Source of the DNA: Bacillales bacterium UBA7581
GTDB lineage: Bacteria > Bacillota_I > Bacilli_A > RFN20 > CAG-826
Direction of reading: 5' to 3'
DNA: 64,000 nt
NCBI GenBank assembly: GCA_002477825.1
Contig: DLKT01000003.1
Span: 4,158 to 68,157, forward strand
In this document: piece by piece, positions 31,872-41,558 of the stretch
How the letters are laid out: each line of letters starts with the position of its first letter
How positions within the stretch are numbered: the stretch's first letter is position 1
Notes under the pieces: model-generated
Databases searched by the model: none
The model's input: only the letters and a program-made list of their open reading frames with translations
What the model was told of the DNA's origin: nothing
Translations under genes and position numbers: made by a program

Positions 31872-32825
31872 ATGAGAAAATTTGAAAAACCTGATTTTAA
31901 AGTCGCAGAATATGATTTAAAGAACGATTCCGGTCGTTTCGTCATTGAACCACTTGAGAGAGGATTTGGTATTACTTTAGGTAATGCTTTACGTAGAGTA
32001 CTCTTATCTTCCTTACCAGGTGCTTCTGTTTATGCGGTAAAAATCGAAGGTGCTCGTCATGAATTTAGTGCCTTAGATGGTATTGAAGAAGATGTTACTA
32101 CCATCATCTTAAACTTAAAAGATCTTGTCTTAAAGATTAATAGTGAAGATGAAACAGTAGCAAAGAAAATTGTAGTTGACGCAAAAGGACCATGTACCGT
32201 TTTAGCGGGTGACTTAGAACTTCCAGAAGATGTCGAAGTCATTAACCCAGAATTAGAAATTGCACATGTCGCTGAAGGCGGAGAATTACAAATGACGATT
32301 TACGCACGTAATGGTCGTGGTTATGTAACTGCCGAAGGAAATAAGACCAGTACACAACATATTGGTACGATTCCAACTGATTCGAACTATTCTCCAATTA
32401 CTAAAGTAAGCTATACGATTGAACCAACCCGTGTGGGTCATGATTCCCGTTATGATCGCTTAATTTTAGAAATTGAAACCAACGGATCAATGCTTCCTCA
32501 AGACGCGCTTGCATTAGCAGCTAAAATCTTAGTTGAACACTTCTCCTTATTTGAAGAAGTTAGCGAAATCGCTAAGAACGTTGATGTAATTGCGGAAAAA
32601 GTTGAAGAAGAAAGCAATAAATATGAAGATATGACAATTGAAGAACTCGATTTATCAGTTCGTTCATACAACTGCTTAAAGAGAGCAGGTATCCAAACAG
32701 TCTTAGAATTAACACAAAGATCTGAAGAGGATATGATGAAAGTTAGAAATTTAGGAAAGAAATCTTTAAAAGAAGTCAAAGAAAAATTAATGGCATTCGG
32801 TCTTTCTTTCCGCGATTTCGAATAG
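31872..32825 (+). CDS. rpoA: DNA-directed RNA polymerase subunit alpha
   Basis: GFG.TLGNALRRVLLSS..G and a C-terminal domain (EELDLSVRSYNCLKRAGI). The ATG at 31872 follows AAAGGAGGA; the tracked TTG at 31851 is unlikely. Confidence 0.96.
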   Translation: MRKFEKPDFKVAEYDLKNDSGRFVIEPLERGFGITLGNALRRVLLSSLPGASVYAVKIEGARHEFSALDGIEEDVTTIILNLKDLVLKINSEDETVAKKIVVDAKGPCTVLAGDLELPEDVEVINPELEIAHVAEGGELQMTIYARNGRGYVTAEGNKTSTQHIGTIPTDSNYSPITKVSYTIEPTRVGHDSRYDRLILEIETNGSMLPQDALALAAKILVEHFSLFEEVSEIAKNVDVIAEKVEEESNKYEDMTIEELDLSVRSYNCLKRAGIQTVLELTQRSEEDMMKVRNLGKKSLKEVKEKLMAFGLSFRDFE

Positions 32826-32837
32826 GAGGAAAGAAAA

Positions 32838-33242
32838 ATGCCAGCACAAGGTCGTAAAAATGTTCATGGTAAAACCGGTGTCCGTTTTAAAGCCGCTTAT
32901 ACCTCAAGCAAATACAACAATATGCTTCGTAATGTCGTCAGTGAATTAATTCTTCACGAACGCGTTACAGTCACTTTAGGCATTGCTAAAGATGTCGTAA
33001 AGATGGCGGATCGTTTAGTTACTTATGCTAAGAAAGGTGATTTACATCATCGTCGTTTAGCAGCAAGTGTTGTACGTGAAATTTCATTAGGTAAAGGTGA
33101 CGATACCTTAGCTCTTGAAAAATTATTTACCGTTTTAGGTCCACGTTATATGGATAGAAACGGTGGATATACCCGTATTTTAAAACTTGCCAATCGTCAA
33201 GGTGACAACGCTCCTATGGCGATTGTTGAATTTGTAAAATAA
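32838..33242 (+). CDS. rplQ: 50S ribosomal protein L17 (N-terminally extended)
   Basis: bL17 core (TSSKYNNMLRNVVSELILHERV.T...AK, GGYTRI.K...R.GD.A). It has ~14 extra N-terminal residues relative to the B. subtilis form I recall. Confidence 0.93.
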   Translation: MPAQGRKNVHGKTGVRFKAAYTSSKYNNMLRNVVSELILHERVTVTLGIAKDVVKMADRLVTYAKKGDLHHRRLAASVVREISLGKGDDTLALEKLFTVLGPRYMDRNGGYTRILKLANRQGDNAPMAIVEFVK

Positions 33243-33261
33243 TTCAATTTACTGCAATAAA

Positions 33262-33289
33262 AAAGCCTCCCTTTGGGGAGGTTTTTTTG
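33262..33289. terminator. Bidirectional terminator between rplQ and fba
   Basis: aaaaag-cctccc-tttg-gggagg-ttttttt hairpin with flanking A and T runs. Confidence 0.85.
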
Positions 33290-33298
33290 TGCGCTTTT

Positions 33299-34162
33299 TT
33301 ATTTATTCGCTTTACCAATACAACCGAAGATTTCACATTTATGTTTAACGATTTCTTGAATTCCTTTTTTACCAGGACCAATAATTTTACGCATATCCAT
33401 AAATAAATCTGGATGCTCCGCTAAAAGGTTACGGACAATTTGTTCCCAAGCAATTTGGTTTTCGGTATTGACGTTAATTTTAGATGTACCGCATGCAATG
33501 GCCTTTTTAATTTGGAAATCTGGGATACCTGAACCACCATGGAGTACAAGAGGAATACCAACGGCTTCGTTAATTTCTTCCATTTCTTTAAAACCAAGTT
33601 TAGGTTCTCCGTGATATGGGCCGTGTACAGAGCCTAGAGCAGGCGCTAGTGCGTCAATTCCGGTTTCCTTGACCATTTGAACGCATTCATCTTTATCCGC
33701 GTACATGCTCTCGGCAACGACGGTTTCTTCTTTACCACCAATTTTTCCTAATTCGGCTTCTACCGTAACATTAAATGGTCTTGCATAGTCTACAACTTTT
33801 TTTGTTAAAGCAACATTTTCTTCAAAAGGAAGTTTTGATCCATCAATCATGACAGAAGAGAATCCTGCGTCGATGGCGGCTTTACAGACTTCAAAGGATG
33901 CGCCGTGATCAAGATGAATAGCAACAGGAATATCAATGTTTTGATCGGACATGTAGGCTTTAATCATTTCAACAACGACATGCCAACCTCCCATATATTT
34001 GGTTGCGCCTTCAGATACACCGAGAATGACTGGAGTTCTGAGTGCTTTACATTCATCTAGAATTGCTTGCATCCATTCTAGATTGTTGATGTTGAATTGC
34101 CCAACGGCGTAATGGCCTTCATGGGCATCTTTTAGCATTTGCTTCATGTTTACAATAGGCAT
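33299..34162 (-). CDS. fba: Fructose-1,6-bisphosphate aldolase, class II
   Basis: [23 protein letters not shown] motifs of class II FBA. Confidence 0.95.
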   Translation of the reverse strand: MPIVNMKQMLKDAHEGHYAVGQFNINNLEWMQAILDECKALRTPVILGVSEGATKYMGGWHVVVEMIKAYMSDQNIDIPVAIHLDHGASFEVCKAAIDAGFSSVMIDGSKLPFEENVALTKKVVDYARPFNVTVEAELGKIGGKEETVVAESMYADKDECVQMVKETGIDALAPALGSVHGPYHGEPKLGFKEMEEINEAVGIPLVLHGGSGIPDFQIKKAIACGTSKINVNTENQIAWEQIVRNLLAEHPDLFMDMRKIIGPGKKGIQEIVKHKCEIFGCIGKANK

Positions 34163-34214
34163 AAATAATCACTCCTTTTCCTATTAAAAACGTAATTTTC
34201 TGGTTATAAAATCG

Positions 34215-34243
34215 TTGACTTGTAACCGCTTTCATTATATACT
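34215..34243 (+). promoter_or_regulatory. Promoter of the Fbp/Afu-type ABC transporter operon
   Basis: TTGACT (34215-34220), 17-nt spacer, TATACT (34238-34243). Confidence 0.55.
34221..34234. promoter_or_regulatory. Catabolite-responsive element (cre, CcpA operator)
   Basis: TGTAACCGCTTTCA matches the TGWAANCGNTNWCA consensus at all 14 positions. It lies in the promoter spacer. Confidence 0.6.
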
Positions 34244-34271
34244 ATATACAAGAGATTTGGGAGGAAAAATT

Positions 34272-35492
34272 ATGAAAAAGAAAATCTTATCTCTATTTTT
34301 AATTGCGTTCTCCGCATTTACCGTTGCATCGTGCGGAAAACAAGATAATTCTGCTGCGGTAAAAGCCGCTATTGAAGATGCACAAACATTGTCTTCTGCT
34401 GAAATTTTAGAAAAAGCTAAAGCAGAAGTCGGAGACAACGAAGTTCAAGTTTTTGGTAACTCAAGTGCTTTAGAGAAAGCGTTGGTTAACTTCACTAATG
34501 CTACGGGTATCAAAATTGCGAACAACAAATTAAATGATGGTCCTTTGTATGAAAAACTAGAAAACACCATCGGAAAAAAACAATATTCTGCGGATATGGT
34601 TTTAATCCAAGATGGTAATAGCTTACAAACCAAAATGTTAAACACAGGCTATCTTGTTGATTACACACCAAAAGACTACAAAGATGTATTAGCTGCGGAT
34701 GACTTACATCCAACCGCTGCTGTCTACTTAAACAAAGTATTTATGTATAATAATACTGGAGTGGAAGGCGAAGAAACCAAAGCTGGTGTCTTAAAGAACT
34801 ATTTGACCAATGTCTGGCAATTAGCAGGTTCTTCTACCGATAAAGGTCATATTAGCAATGTTTCCTTTAAACTTGCTACCCAAGAAAATATTAATATGAA
34901 CTTCTTAGCTATGTTAACCAGTGATGAATGGGTAGGAAAATTAAAAGCTGCTTATAAAGATTTCTACGGAAAAGATTACGAAGAAGAAACCCAATACAAA
35001 AATATTGGTTATAAGTGGATTGCTGAATTCTTAAAGAACTCAAAAGCCCATGAAAAAGATGGAACCGCCTGCAAAGATACAGCCAAAGGAACAAGCGGAA
35101 CGATTGCTTATTGTAACTTCAATAAATTAAAAGATTTAAAAGAAGAAGGCGTTGGAAAACAAGATAAAAACAACATTACAACCGCAGCCTTAGAAGGCGA
35201 TGGCGTTAAAGGATTTGGTGGTTTCGTTTATAAAATGTACGCTATGGTTGCTAAAAATGCAAAATATCCATATGCTGCTTGTGCATTAGTAAATTACATT
35301 TTATCCGTCGAAGGATTCCAAGGTGCTTGGGGTACTAACTTAGGTTATTATTCTACTAACCCAAATGCTGCAATTGCAGATGGCGATAAAGCATTATCCT
35401 GGTGGAAACAAAACTGTGTTATCGAAAATCCTTCTTATGTTGCAAGCGTCTATTCAGATGTTTATGATTACGTTTCTCAATTTGAAGCTTAA
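34272..35492 (+). CDS. ABC transporter substrate-binding lipoprotein (FbpA/AfuA/PotD-like family 1 SBP), substrate unknown
   Basis: Lipoprotein signal MKKKILSLFLIAFSAFTVAS-C. The ATG at 34272 follows GGGAGGAAAAA. Followed by a fused permease and an ATPase. Confidence 0.7.
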   Translation: MKKKILSLFLIAFSAFTVASCGKQDNSAAVKAAIEDAQTLSSAEILEKAKAEVGDNEVQVFGNSSALEKALVNFTNATGIKIANNKLNDGPLYEKLENTIGKKQYSADMVLIQDGNSLQTKMLNTGYLVDYTPKDYKDVLAADDLHPTAAVYLNKVFMYNNTGVEGEETKAGVLKNYLTNVWQLAGSSTDKGHISNVSFKLATQENINMNFLAMLTSDEWVGKLKAAYKDFYGKDYEEETQYKNIGYKWIAEFLKNSKAHEKDGTACKDTAKGTSGTIAYCNFNKLKDLKEEGVGKQDKNNITTAALEGDGVKGFGGFVYKMYAMVAKNAKYPYAACALVNYILSVEGFQGAWGTNLGYYSTNPNAAIADGDKALSWWKQNCVIENPSYVASVYSDVYDYVSQFEA

Positions 35493-35567
35493 TCAATTGT
35501 AATTTAAAAAGATCCAATGGTGCACAAATTAATCTTTGTGCACCATTATTGTTTATAGGAGAAAAAA

Positions 35568-37394
35568 ATGGAAACTACAGCGCAAAGAGTAGATGGTAAA
35601 GGACACAAGATTTTAAATCGGATGAGAGCGTTCTTTAGTAAGCCATCGAATATTATTTTGGTAATTTTCGCTGTATTATTAACCATTACCGTAATTATTC
35701 CGTTGATCTTCTTGTTATTGAATACATTCCAAGTTCATATTGGTGAAAGTGGGCTAGGGAAGCCAGGAACTTATACATTTAATCACTGGAAAACCATTCT
35801 AACAAGTTCAACGTATAATTACGCATTCAATAACTTCTGGAAACCCTTAGGAAACTCCATTTTAATGTCTTTAGTAGCATGTTTCATTGCCGTTTTCTTT
35901 GGTGGGAGTATTGCGTGGTTAATAACGCGTTCAAATTTACCTTGTAAAAAATTTATTTCACTTGTATTTGTTTTCCCATATATTATGCCATCATGGTCGA
36001 TTGCTATGTTCTGGGAGAACTTATTTAAAAACACTTCAATTCCAAATACAACACAAGGAATTTTCCAAGGCTTTTTCGGTATTTGTATGCCAGAAAAATT
36101 TGTTTATGGATTTTGGCCTTGTGCAATATGTTTAGGAATTCACTACGCACCATTTGCTTATATTCTCATTGGTGGAATTTTAAGAAATATGGATGCAAAC
36201 TTAGAAGAAGCCGCGACGATTTTAAAAGCTTCAAGATTGAAGATTTTAATGAAGATTACTTTACCGATTGTTATGCCAGCCTTATTATCAACGGTTTTAT
36301 TGGTATTTGCTTCTTCGGTAAGTAGTTATACTGTTCCGATGTTTTTAGGGCCGAAAGCTAGTTTCTATACGATATCGCTGAAGATGAAGAGCTTATTGCA
36401 AACTTCACAAAAAGTCGGGCAAGGTTATGTTGAAGCGGTAATATTATTATTAATGTCTACGGGCATTTTATTAATCAACCAATTTATGACGGGAAAAAGA
36501 AAATCCTTTACCACAGTAACGGGAAAATCTTCACAAGTATCTTTAGTGAAATTAGGCAAAGTAGCGAAACCTGTTATTACAACTTTGGTTATGATTTTCG
36601 TTATCTTCTTTGCAGTAACACCTCTTTTCACGTTTGCGTTAGAAAGTGTTACTAGAGAAAGTGGAAACTTAAAAACATTAACACTTCATTATTGGACCTC
36701 AAAAACTGACACTACTGACTTAATTTCAGGCAGTGTAGGTATCTTAAGAAACAAAACAATCTGGAAAGCTTTTGGTAACTCACTATTGTTATCTTTAGTA
36801 AGTGCCTTCTTCGCGGGAACCTTTGGTATCTTAATTGGTTATTCTGTAGCGAGAAATCGGGGAAGTAAACTAGCAAACTACGTTTCAAACTTAGCGTTCT
36901 TCCCATATTTGATTCCGGCCATGAGTTTCTCAGCCGTATATCTTGCTATTTCTTGTACAGAAGCGTTCTCGTTCTTATATGAATCAATGGCCCTGATGAT
37001 GATTGTTGGTTCTATTAAATTCTTGCCATTTGCTTCTCGAAGCGGAACAAGCGCAATGATGCAGGTAAGTGGTGAAATTGAAGAGGCCGCCATTATTGTT
37101 GGCGTTCCATGGTGGAAGAGAATGTTAAAGGTTTTATTCCCAATTCAAAAGTCGAGCTTTATTTCCGGATATTTATTACCATTTATCTCATGTATGAGAG
37201 AATTATCCTTATTCGTTTTAATTTCAGGTGCAGGTAGCATTTTAACAGCAGTATTACAAGATTATGAATCATATGACGCTATCCAAATGAGCAATGGAAT
37301 TAACTTGATTATTATCGTAACTGTTATTGTTATCAATCTGGTTATTAACAAATTGACAGGTGCTTCTATTGATAAAGGTGTAGGAGGAAACTAA
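35568..37394 (+). CDS. Fused two-domain ABC transporter permease (FbpB/AfuB/ThiP-like)
   Basis: 608 aa, ~12 TM segments, two EAA-type loops (LEEAATILKASRLKILMKITLP and IEEAAIIVGVPWWKRMLKVLFP). Confidence 0.85.
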   Translation: METTAQRVDGKGHKILNRMRAFFSKPSNIILVIFAVLLTITVIIPLIFLLLNTFQVHIGESGLGKPGTYTFNHWKTILTSSTYNYAFNNFWKPLGNSILMSLVACFIAVFFGGSIAWLITRSNLPCKKFISLVFVFPYIMPSWSIAMFWENLFKNTSIPNTTQGIFQGFFGICMPEKFVYGFWPCAICLGIHYAPFAYILIGGILRNMDANLEEAATILKASRLKILMKITLPIVMPALLSTVLLVFASSVSSYTVPMFLGPKASFYTISLKMKSLLQTSQKVGQGYVEAVILLLMSTGILLINQFMTGKRKSFTTVTGKSSQVSLVKLGKVAKPVITTLVMIFVIFFAVTPLFTFALESVTRESGNLKTLTLHYWTSKTDTTDLISGSVGILRNKTIWKAFGNSLLLSLVSAFFAGTFGILIGYSVARNRGSKLANYVSNLAFFPYLIPAMSFSAVYLAISCTEAFSFLYESMALMMIVGSIKFLPFASRSGTSAMMQVSGEIEEAAIIVGVPWWKRMLKVLFPIQKSSFISGYLLPFISCMRELSLFVLISGAGSILTAVLQDYESYDAIQMSNGINLIIIVTVIVINLVINKLTGASIDKGVGGN

Positions 37395-37395
37395 A

Positions 37396-38514
37396 ATGCC
37401 AGAGATTATTTTAAAAAATATTACTAAAAGATGGGGAAACTTCGTTGGTGTTGATAACTTAAACTTAGTCATTCCTGATCGTTCATTTATTACTTTACTT
37501 GGCCCATCTGGATGTGGAAAAACAACCACACTTCGTATGATTGCGGGTCTAGAAACCCCAACAGAAGGTCAAATTATTATTGATGGTGTGACGGTGTTTG
37601 ATTCGGAAAAAGGAATCAACGTATCACCAGCAAAAAGAGATGTTGGCTTTTTATTCCAAAACTATGCTTTATGGCCACATATGACGGTTTATCAAAACAT
37701 TGCTTTTGGTCTAGAAAACTTGAAATGGAAAAAAGAAGATATTAAAGCACGTGTTCATGAATTACTTGTTATGTTAAAAATTGAACAATTTGAAAAAAGA
37801 TATCCTTCCGAACTTTCCGGTGGTCAACAACAACGTGTCGCTATTGCGCGTACTTTAGCGCCTCGTCCAAAGGTTTTATTTATGGATGAACCATTAAGTA
37901 ACCTTGATGCGAAATTACGTTTAGAAATGCGTACAGAACTTAAAAGATTGCATCTTGAGACCAATTCAACATTTGTCTATGTTACGCACGATCAATTAGA
38001 AGCTATGACTTTAGCAACGAACGTATGCTTAATGAAAGAAGGTTTATTACAACAATACGAACCTCCTTTAAAAGTATATAGTGAACCGAACAATTTATTT
38101 GTCGCGGACTTCGTTGGTAACCCAACGATGAACTTCGTTACTTGCAAAGCCAAACAAATTTCTGAAAGTGAACTAGAAATTGATTTCCATGGCACACCAT
38201 TACGCTTTATGTGTAATGAAGCGATGAAACTAGAGAATGAAGATGTGGTTTTAGGTATCCGTCCAGAACACATTGTGTTAAGTAAGACAGGACTTAAAGC
38301 AAAGGTTTATTCCACCCTTCCTTCTGGTATGGAAACCACGGTTAAAATTTCTTTTAACGACGATATTTTAACTTCTGTTGTTTTTGGAATCATTGACTAT
38401 GCGGTAGATACTGAAGTGCATCTCCAATTTACCAGTAACCATATTGTATTGTTTGATAAAGAATCAACCAATCGTATCGCTATTGGTGAATTAAAAATGC
38501 CTAGTAAAAAATAA
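37396..38514 (+). CDS. ABC transporter ATP-binding protein (FbpC/PotA/MalK-like with TOBE domain)
   Basis: Walker A GPSGCGKTT, signature LSGGQQQR, Walker B LFMDEP, H-loop VTHDQ, C-terminal OB/TOBE region. Confidence 0.9.
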   Translation: MPEIILKNITKRWGNFVGVDNLNLVIPDRSFITLLGPSGCGKTTTLRMIAGLETPTEGQIIIDGVTVFDSEKGINVSPAKRDVGFLFQNYALWPHMTVYQNIAFGLENLKWKKEDIKARVHELLVMLKIEQFEKRYPSELSGGQQQRVAIARTLAPRPKVLFMDEPLSNLDAKLRLEMRTELKRLHLETNSTFVYVTHDQLEAMTLATNVCLMKEGLLQQYEPPLKVYSEPNNLFVADFVGNPTMNFVTCKAKQISESELEIDFHGTPLRFMCNEAMKLENEDVVLGIRPEHIVLSKTGLKAKVYSTLPSGMETTVKISFNDDILTSVVFGIIDYAVDTEVHLQFTSNHIVLFDKESTNRIAIGELKMPSKK

Positions 38515-38522
38515 GACAAAAT

Positions 38523-38547
38523 AAAACGGCAATTTTATTTGCCGTTT
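38523..38547. terminator. Bidirectional terminator between the ABC ATPase gene and the RDD gene
   Basis: aaacggcaa-ttttatt-ttgccgttt hairpin followed by a T run. It overlaps the stop of the minus-strand gene. Confidence 0.75.
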
Positions 38548-39359
38548 TTCTTTTGCTCTTTTTTTGGTTCTTCTTCCTCAGGGAGATCTTCTTGTAGACC
38601 AATGAATTGTTCTTGAATAACTTTAGTGCCGCTTAATATTTCATGTAAAGTAAGAGCGGGTTTGGTAGCTACTACAAATATCGTAGCGAGTAAAGGAAGA
38701 ATAATATATAAGAAACTTGTTAAAAAGTATCTAAAGATAATGTTTTCAACAACAAAGAGAATAAAGAAACGAAGCATTATTTTGACATTGCTCGCTAATT
38801 CGTTATTCTTTAAATTCACTAACGCCTGTTTACAAATCATCATGCCGATGGTTCGTTTTTTCTTATCAAAAATAGGAATAATTAATTCAAAAGTTAAAAG
38901 GGATATCGCAATAGAAGCGGTGTAGACTAGAAAATAATTGCGATAGAATTTTCCATAGTTTTTCTTATAAGTTTCGGATTCATTTAATTTCGTTTGTAAA
39001 TTCGTAAGAGCGGTTTGACATTTTTCCGCTATGTCATCATCGGATAATGTTGAATCTTTTTCTTTTAATACTTTTAAATAGGTAGTGGAATCTAGAGTAT
39101 AGATTCCATAATCCGATCCTTTCATATACGGATATTCATTCGCATCACAAATTCGAATGACTTCGTTATTGATGTTTTGAATATAAGAAGCGGAGTAGCG
39201 TTCTATACATTTGGTTCCAATCGTGTAGAAAAGTAAAACGTAAAATAAAACGAAAATCAAAAAATCAATAAAAGCAGACAGAAATCGCTTCTTTTTTGAT
39301 ATTTTTTCTACGTCTTTCATTCCATATAATAGTTCTAAATCATCATTTGCGTTTGCCAA
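38535..39359 (-). CDS. RDD-family membrane protein
   Basis: KKRFLSAFIDFLIFVLF (R..D motif), 3-4 TM segments, KKRTIGMMICKQALV typical of the RDD domain. Lys/Glu-rich C-terminal tail. Confidence 0.55.
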   Translation of the reverse strand: MANANDDLELLYGMKDVEKISKKKRFLSAFIDFLIFVLFYVLLFYTIGTKCIERYSASYIQNINNEVIRICDANEYPYMKGSDYGIYTLDSTTYLKVLKEKDSTLSDDDIAEKCQTALTNLQTKLNESETYKKNYGKFYRNYFLVYTASIAISLLTFELIIPIFDKKKRTIGMMICKQALVNLKNNELASNVKIMLRFFILFVVENIIFRYFLTSFLYIILPLLATIFVVATKPALTLHEILSGTKVIQEQFIGLQEDLPEEEEPKKEQKKNGK

Positions 39360-39363
39360 GGTT

Positions 39364-40176
39364 TTATTCTCCTTCTATTTCATCAACGATATGTAATTTT
39401 ATTAAAGCAGCAGCAATACCATCATGATTATGATCAAGGGTATGTAACGAGAATCTTTTTTTGAGTTCATCCGGGGCATTTCCCATTAAAAAGCCATAAT
39501 GAACTTCATTTAACATTTCGACATCGTTATAATTATCACCAAAAGCGATTGCACCTTCCAGTGAATAATTCTCAATCTTACAAAATTCTTGAATAGCAGT
39601 AGCTTTTGTAATTCCGCTTTGCATGATTTCTAAAAGAATTGGAGAAGATTTTACAATGGAAAATTGTGGAAAATGTTGCTTTAAATCTTCTTCAATCGAT
39701 AAGATTTTTTCAGGATTACAGATGCATAAAATTTTATGCACAACCGAAGAAGAAAGCGTATCAATTGTACCTTCTAAAGATGTCGCTTCAACAATGGTTT
39801 CTTCTCTAATAATCCGAGGATCTTTTCTTGATTTTACTACCCATTCATCAAAAGAATAAAGGCACCAGGATAAATCAAAATTCTTTTCTTCTATGTATTG
39901 AAGAATTTTCCGAGCTTCTTCTTTTTCAATTTCTTTATGATATAAAACATCATGATTTCCATTCAGTATCAAAGCGCCACTATAAGAAATAATAGGACAG
40001 TGGAGTTGATATCTTTTTAAAATGGGGTAAATACCCGAAGGACTACGAGCAGAAACGATAACAAAAGGAATGTTTTTCTTTTCTAATTCTTTTATCGCGA
40101 TTTCAGTTTTTTTACTGATTTGATGTTCGGAGTTTAATAAAGTTCCATCCACATCGCTAAAGACGATATATTTCAT
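39364..40176 (-). CDS. Cof-type HAD-IIB phosphatase
   Basis: Motif I FSDVDGTLL, motif II VIVSARS, motif IV FGDNYNDVEM. Confidence 0.85.
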   Translation of the reverse strand: MKYIVFSDVDGTLLNSEHQISKKTEIAIKELEKKNIPFVIVSARSPSGIYPILKRYQLHCPIISYSGALILNGNHDVLYHKEIEKEEARKILQYIEEKNFDLSWCLYSFDEWVVKSRKDPRIIREETIVEATSLEGTIDTLSSSVVHKILCICNPEKILSIEEDLKQHFPQFSIVKSSPILLEIMQSGITKATAIQEFCKIENYSLEGAIAFGDNYNDVEMLNEVHYGFLMGNAPDELKKRFSLHTLDHNHDGIAAALIKLHIVDEIEGE

Positions 40177-40252
40177 TAAAAAACCTCCTTTTTGTTAGAT
40201 TTATTATACCGAAATTTGTACTATCTTGCAATTTTTTAAAATGAAAAATATA

Positions 40253-40281
40253 TTGTCATGAAACCGCTAACAAGGTAAAAT
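40253..40281 (+). promoter_or_regulatory. Promoter of the preT-preA operon
   Basis: TTGTCA (40253-40258), 17-nt spacer, TAAAAT (40276-40281). Confidence 0.5.
40259..40272. promoter_or_regulatory. Catabolite-responsive element (cre, CcpA operator)
   Basis: TGAAACCGCTAACA matches TGWAANCGNTNWCA at all 14 positions. It lies in the promoter spacer, the same placement as at 34221. Confidence 0.6.
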
Positions 40282-40319
40282 ATAAGTAGAAAATTTTAAT
40301 GAAATTAGGAGGAAGATTC

Positions 40320-41558
40320 ATGAAATCTTATCATGAAGAATGGGAACCTGCTTATAGTCCTGATTTAGTGATTGAAGAAGCATCTCGATGTTTATTATGC
40401 TTAGATGCTCCTTGTTCATCATCTTGTCCAGCAGGAACAGACCCAGCTAAATTTATTCGTAGTGTGCGTTTCCGTAATTTTAAAGGTGCGGCGGAAACGA
40501 TTCGTATTAATAATGCCTTAGGTGCCGTTTGTGCGCGCGTATGTCCAACAGAAAAATATTGTCAATTAGCGTGCTCTAGAACACAAATTGATCGACCCAT
40601 TGATATTGGAAGAATTCAAAAGTATGTGACCGATTTTGAAGATCGTATTCAAATGAAAGTTTATCATAAAGAAGCTTCAACTGGTAAAAGAGTGGCCATT
40701 ATTGGTGCAGGACCTTCGGGCTTACAAGCGGCGGCTTCTTTAGCCTTAAAGGGTCATGAAGTCACCATTTATGAAAGCCAAGAAAAAGCGGGTGGCTGGT
40801 TGCGTTATGGTATTCCTGAATATCGCTTACCAAATGAAATCGTTGATAAAGAAATTCATCGCATTGAAGAATTAGGTGTAAAGATTGTAACGAATACAAA
40901 TATTGATGATGATCGACTTGCAAAATTATTAAAAGAATATGATGCGGTTTTATTATCGACAGGTTCACCAACCGGTCGTATTTTACCGATTTTTGAAAAG
41001 GTTAAAAATGTTGAAACTGCGGTTCACTTCTTAGCAAGAGTAAAAGAAGCAAAAGGCAATGTAGAAGTTCCTAATAAAGTATTAATTATTGGTGGTGGCG
41101 ATGTCGCTATGGACGCTGCTACAACTTTAAAAGCATTAGGTGCTCAAGATGTAGTCGCCGTTGCTAGAGAAACGGCCGCCCGTTTCCCAGCCAGTAAAGA
41201 AGAATATCAAACTTCCCATGAAGCAAGAGTGTCTATTATTGATGGTTTTACGCCTATTGATGTTAAAGATAACACTGTGACATTTGAACATGTTTCCATG
41301 AAAGGTAAACTTGAAATCACTGCGGATTTAATTCTCATTGCTTGTGGACAAATTTCTTCTTTAGAAAGTATGAAGAGTATTCCTCAAACCCGTGGAGAAG
41401 CAGAAACGGAAAATAATTTAGTAAAAGGATTCCATAATTTATTTGTAGCGGGTGACATCGTTAAAGGCGATAAAAGTGTTGTGTATGCCGTTAGAACCGG
41501 TAAAGTTGCAGCGAATGATATCGATAATTATTTAAAAGGAGGAAAGAAAAATGACTGA
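40320..41558 (+). CDS. preT: NAD-dependent dihydropyrimidine dehydrogenase subunit PreT (GltD-like FAD/NAD(P) oxidoreductase with Fe-S clusters)
   Basis: 412 aa. N-terminal Cys clusters ([25 protein letters not shown]), two Rossmann motifs ([14 protein letters not shown]). Paired with a PreA-like gene by an 8-nt overlap. Confidence 0.7.
   Translation: MKSYHEEWEPAYSPDLVIEEASRCLLCLDAPCSSSCPAGTDPAKFIRSVRFRNFKGAAETIRINNALGAVCARVCPTEKYCQLACSRTQIDRPIDIGRIQKYVTDFEDRIQMKVYHKEASTGKRVAIIGAGPSGLQAAASLALKGHEVTIYESQEKAGGWLRYGIPEYRLPNEIVDKEIHRIEELGVKIVTNTNIDDDRLAKLLKEYDAVLLSTGSPTGRILPIFEKVKNVETAVHFLARVKEAKGNVEVPNKVLIIGGGDVAMDAATTLKALGAQDVVAVARETAARFPASKEEYQTSHEARVSIIDGFTPIDVKDNTVTFEHVSMKGKLEITADLILIACGQISSLESMKSIPQTRGEAETENNLVKGFHNLFVAGDIVKGDKSVVYAVRTGKVAANDIDNYLKGGKKND

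Noticed and set aside
19096-32779. Many 60-135-aa ORFs antisense to or out of frame within the ribosomal protein cluster (e.g. 19096-19503, 19612-19884, 24016-24375, 26713-26987, 27827-28156, 32498-32779)
   Set aside because: Each lies entirely inside a highly conserved ribosomal or secY/rpoA gene. They lack SD sequences and have low-complexity, non-protein-like translations. They are a side effect of the higher GC content and codon bias of these genes.
36083-36325. Internal same-strand, out-of-frame and antisense ORFs within the ABC permease and other long genes (e.g. 36083-36325, 35819-36034, 57015-57206)
   Set aside because: They lie fully inside well-supported genes with conserved motifs and show no independent translation signals.
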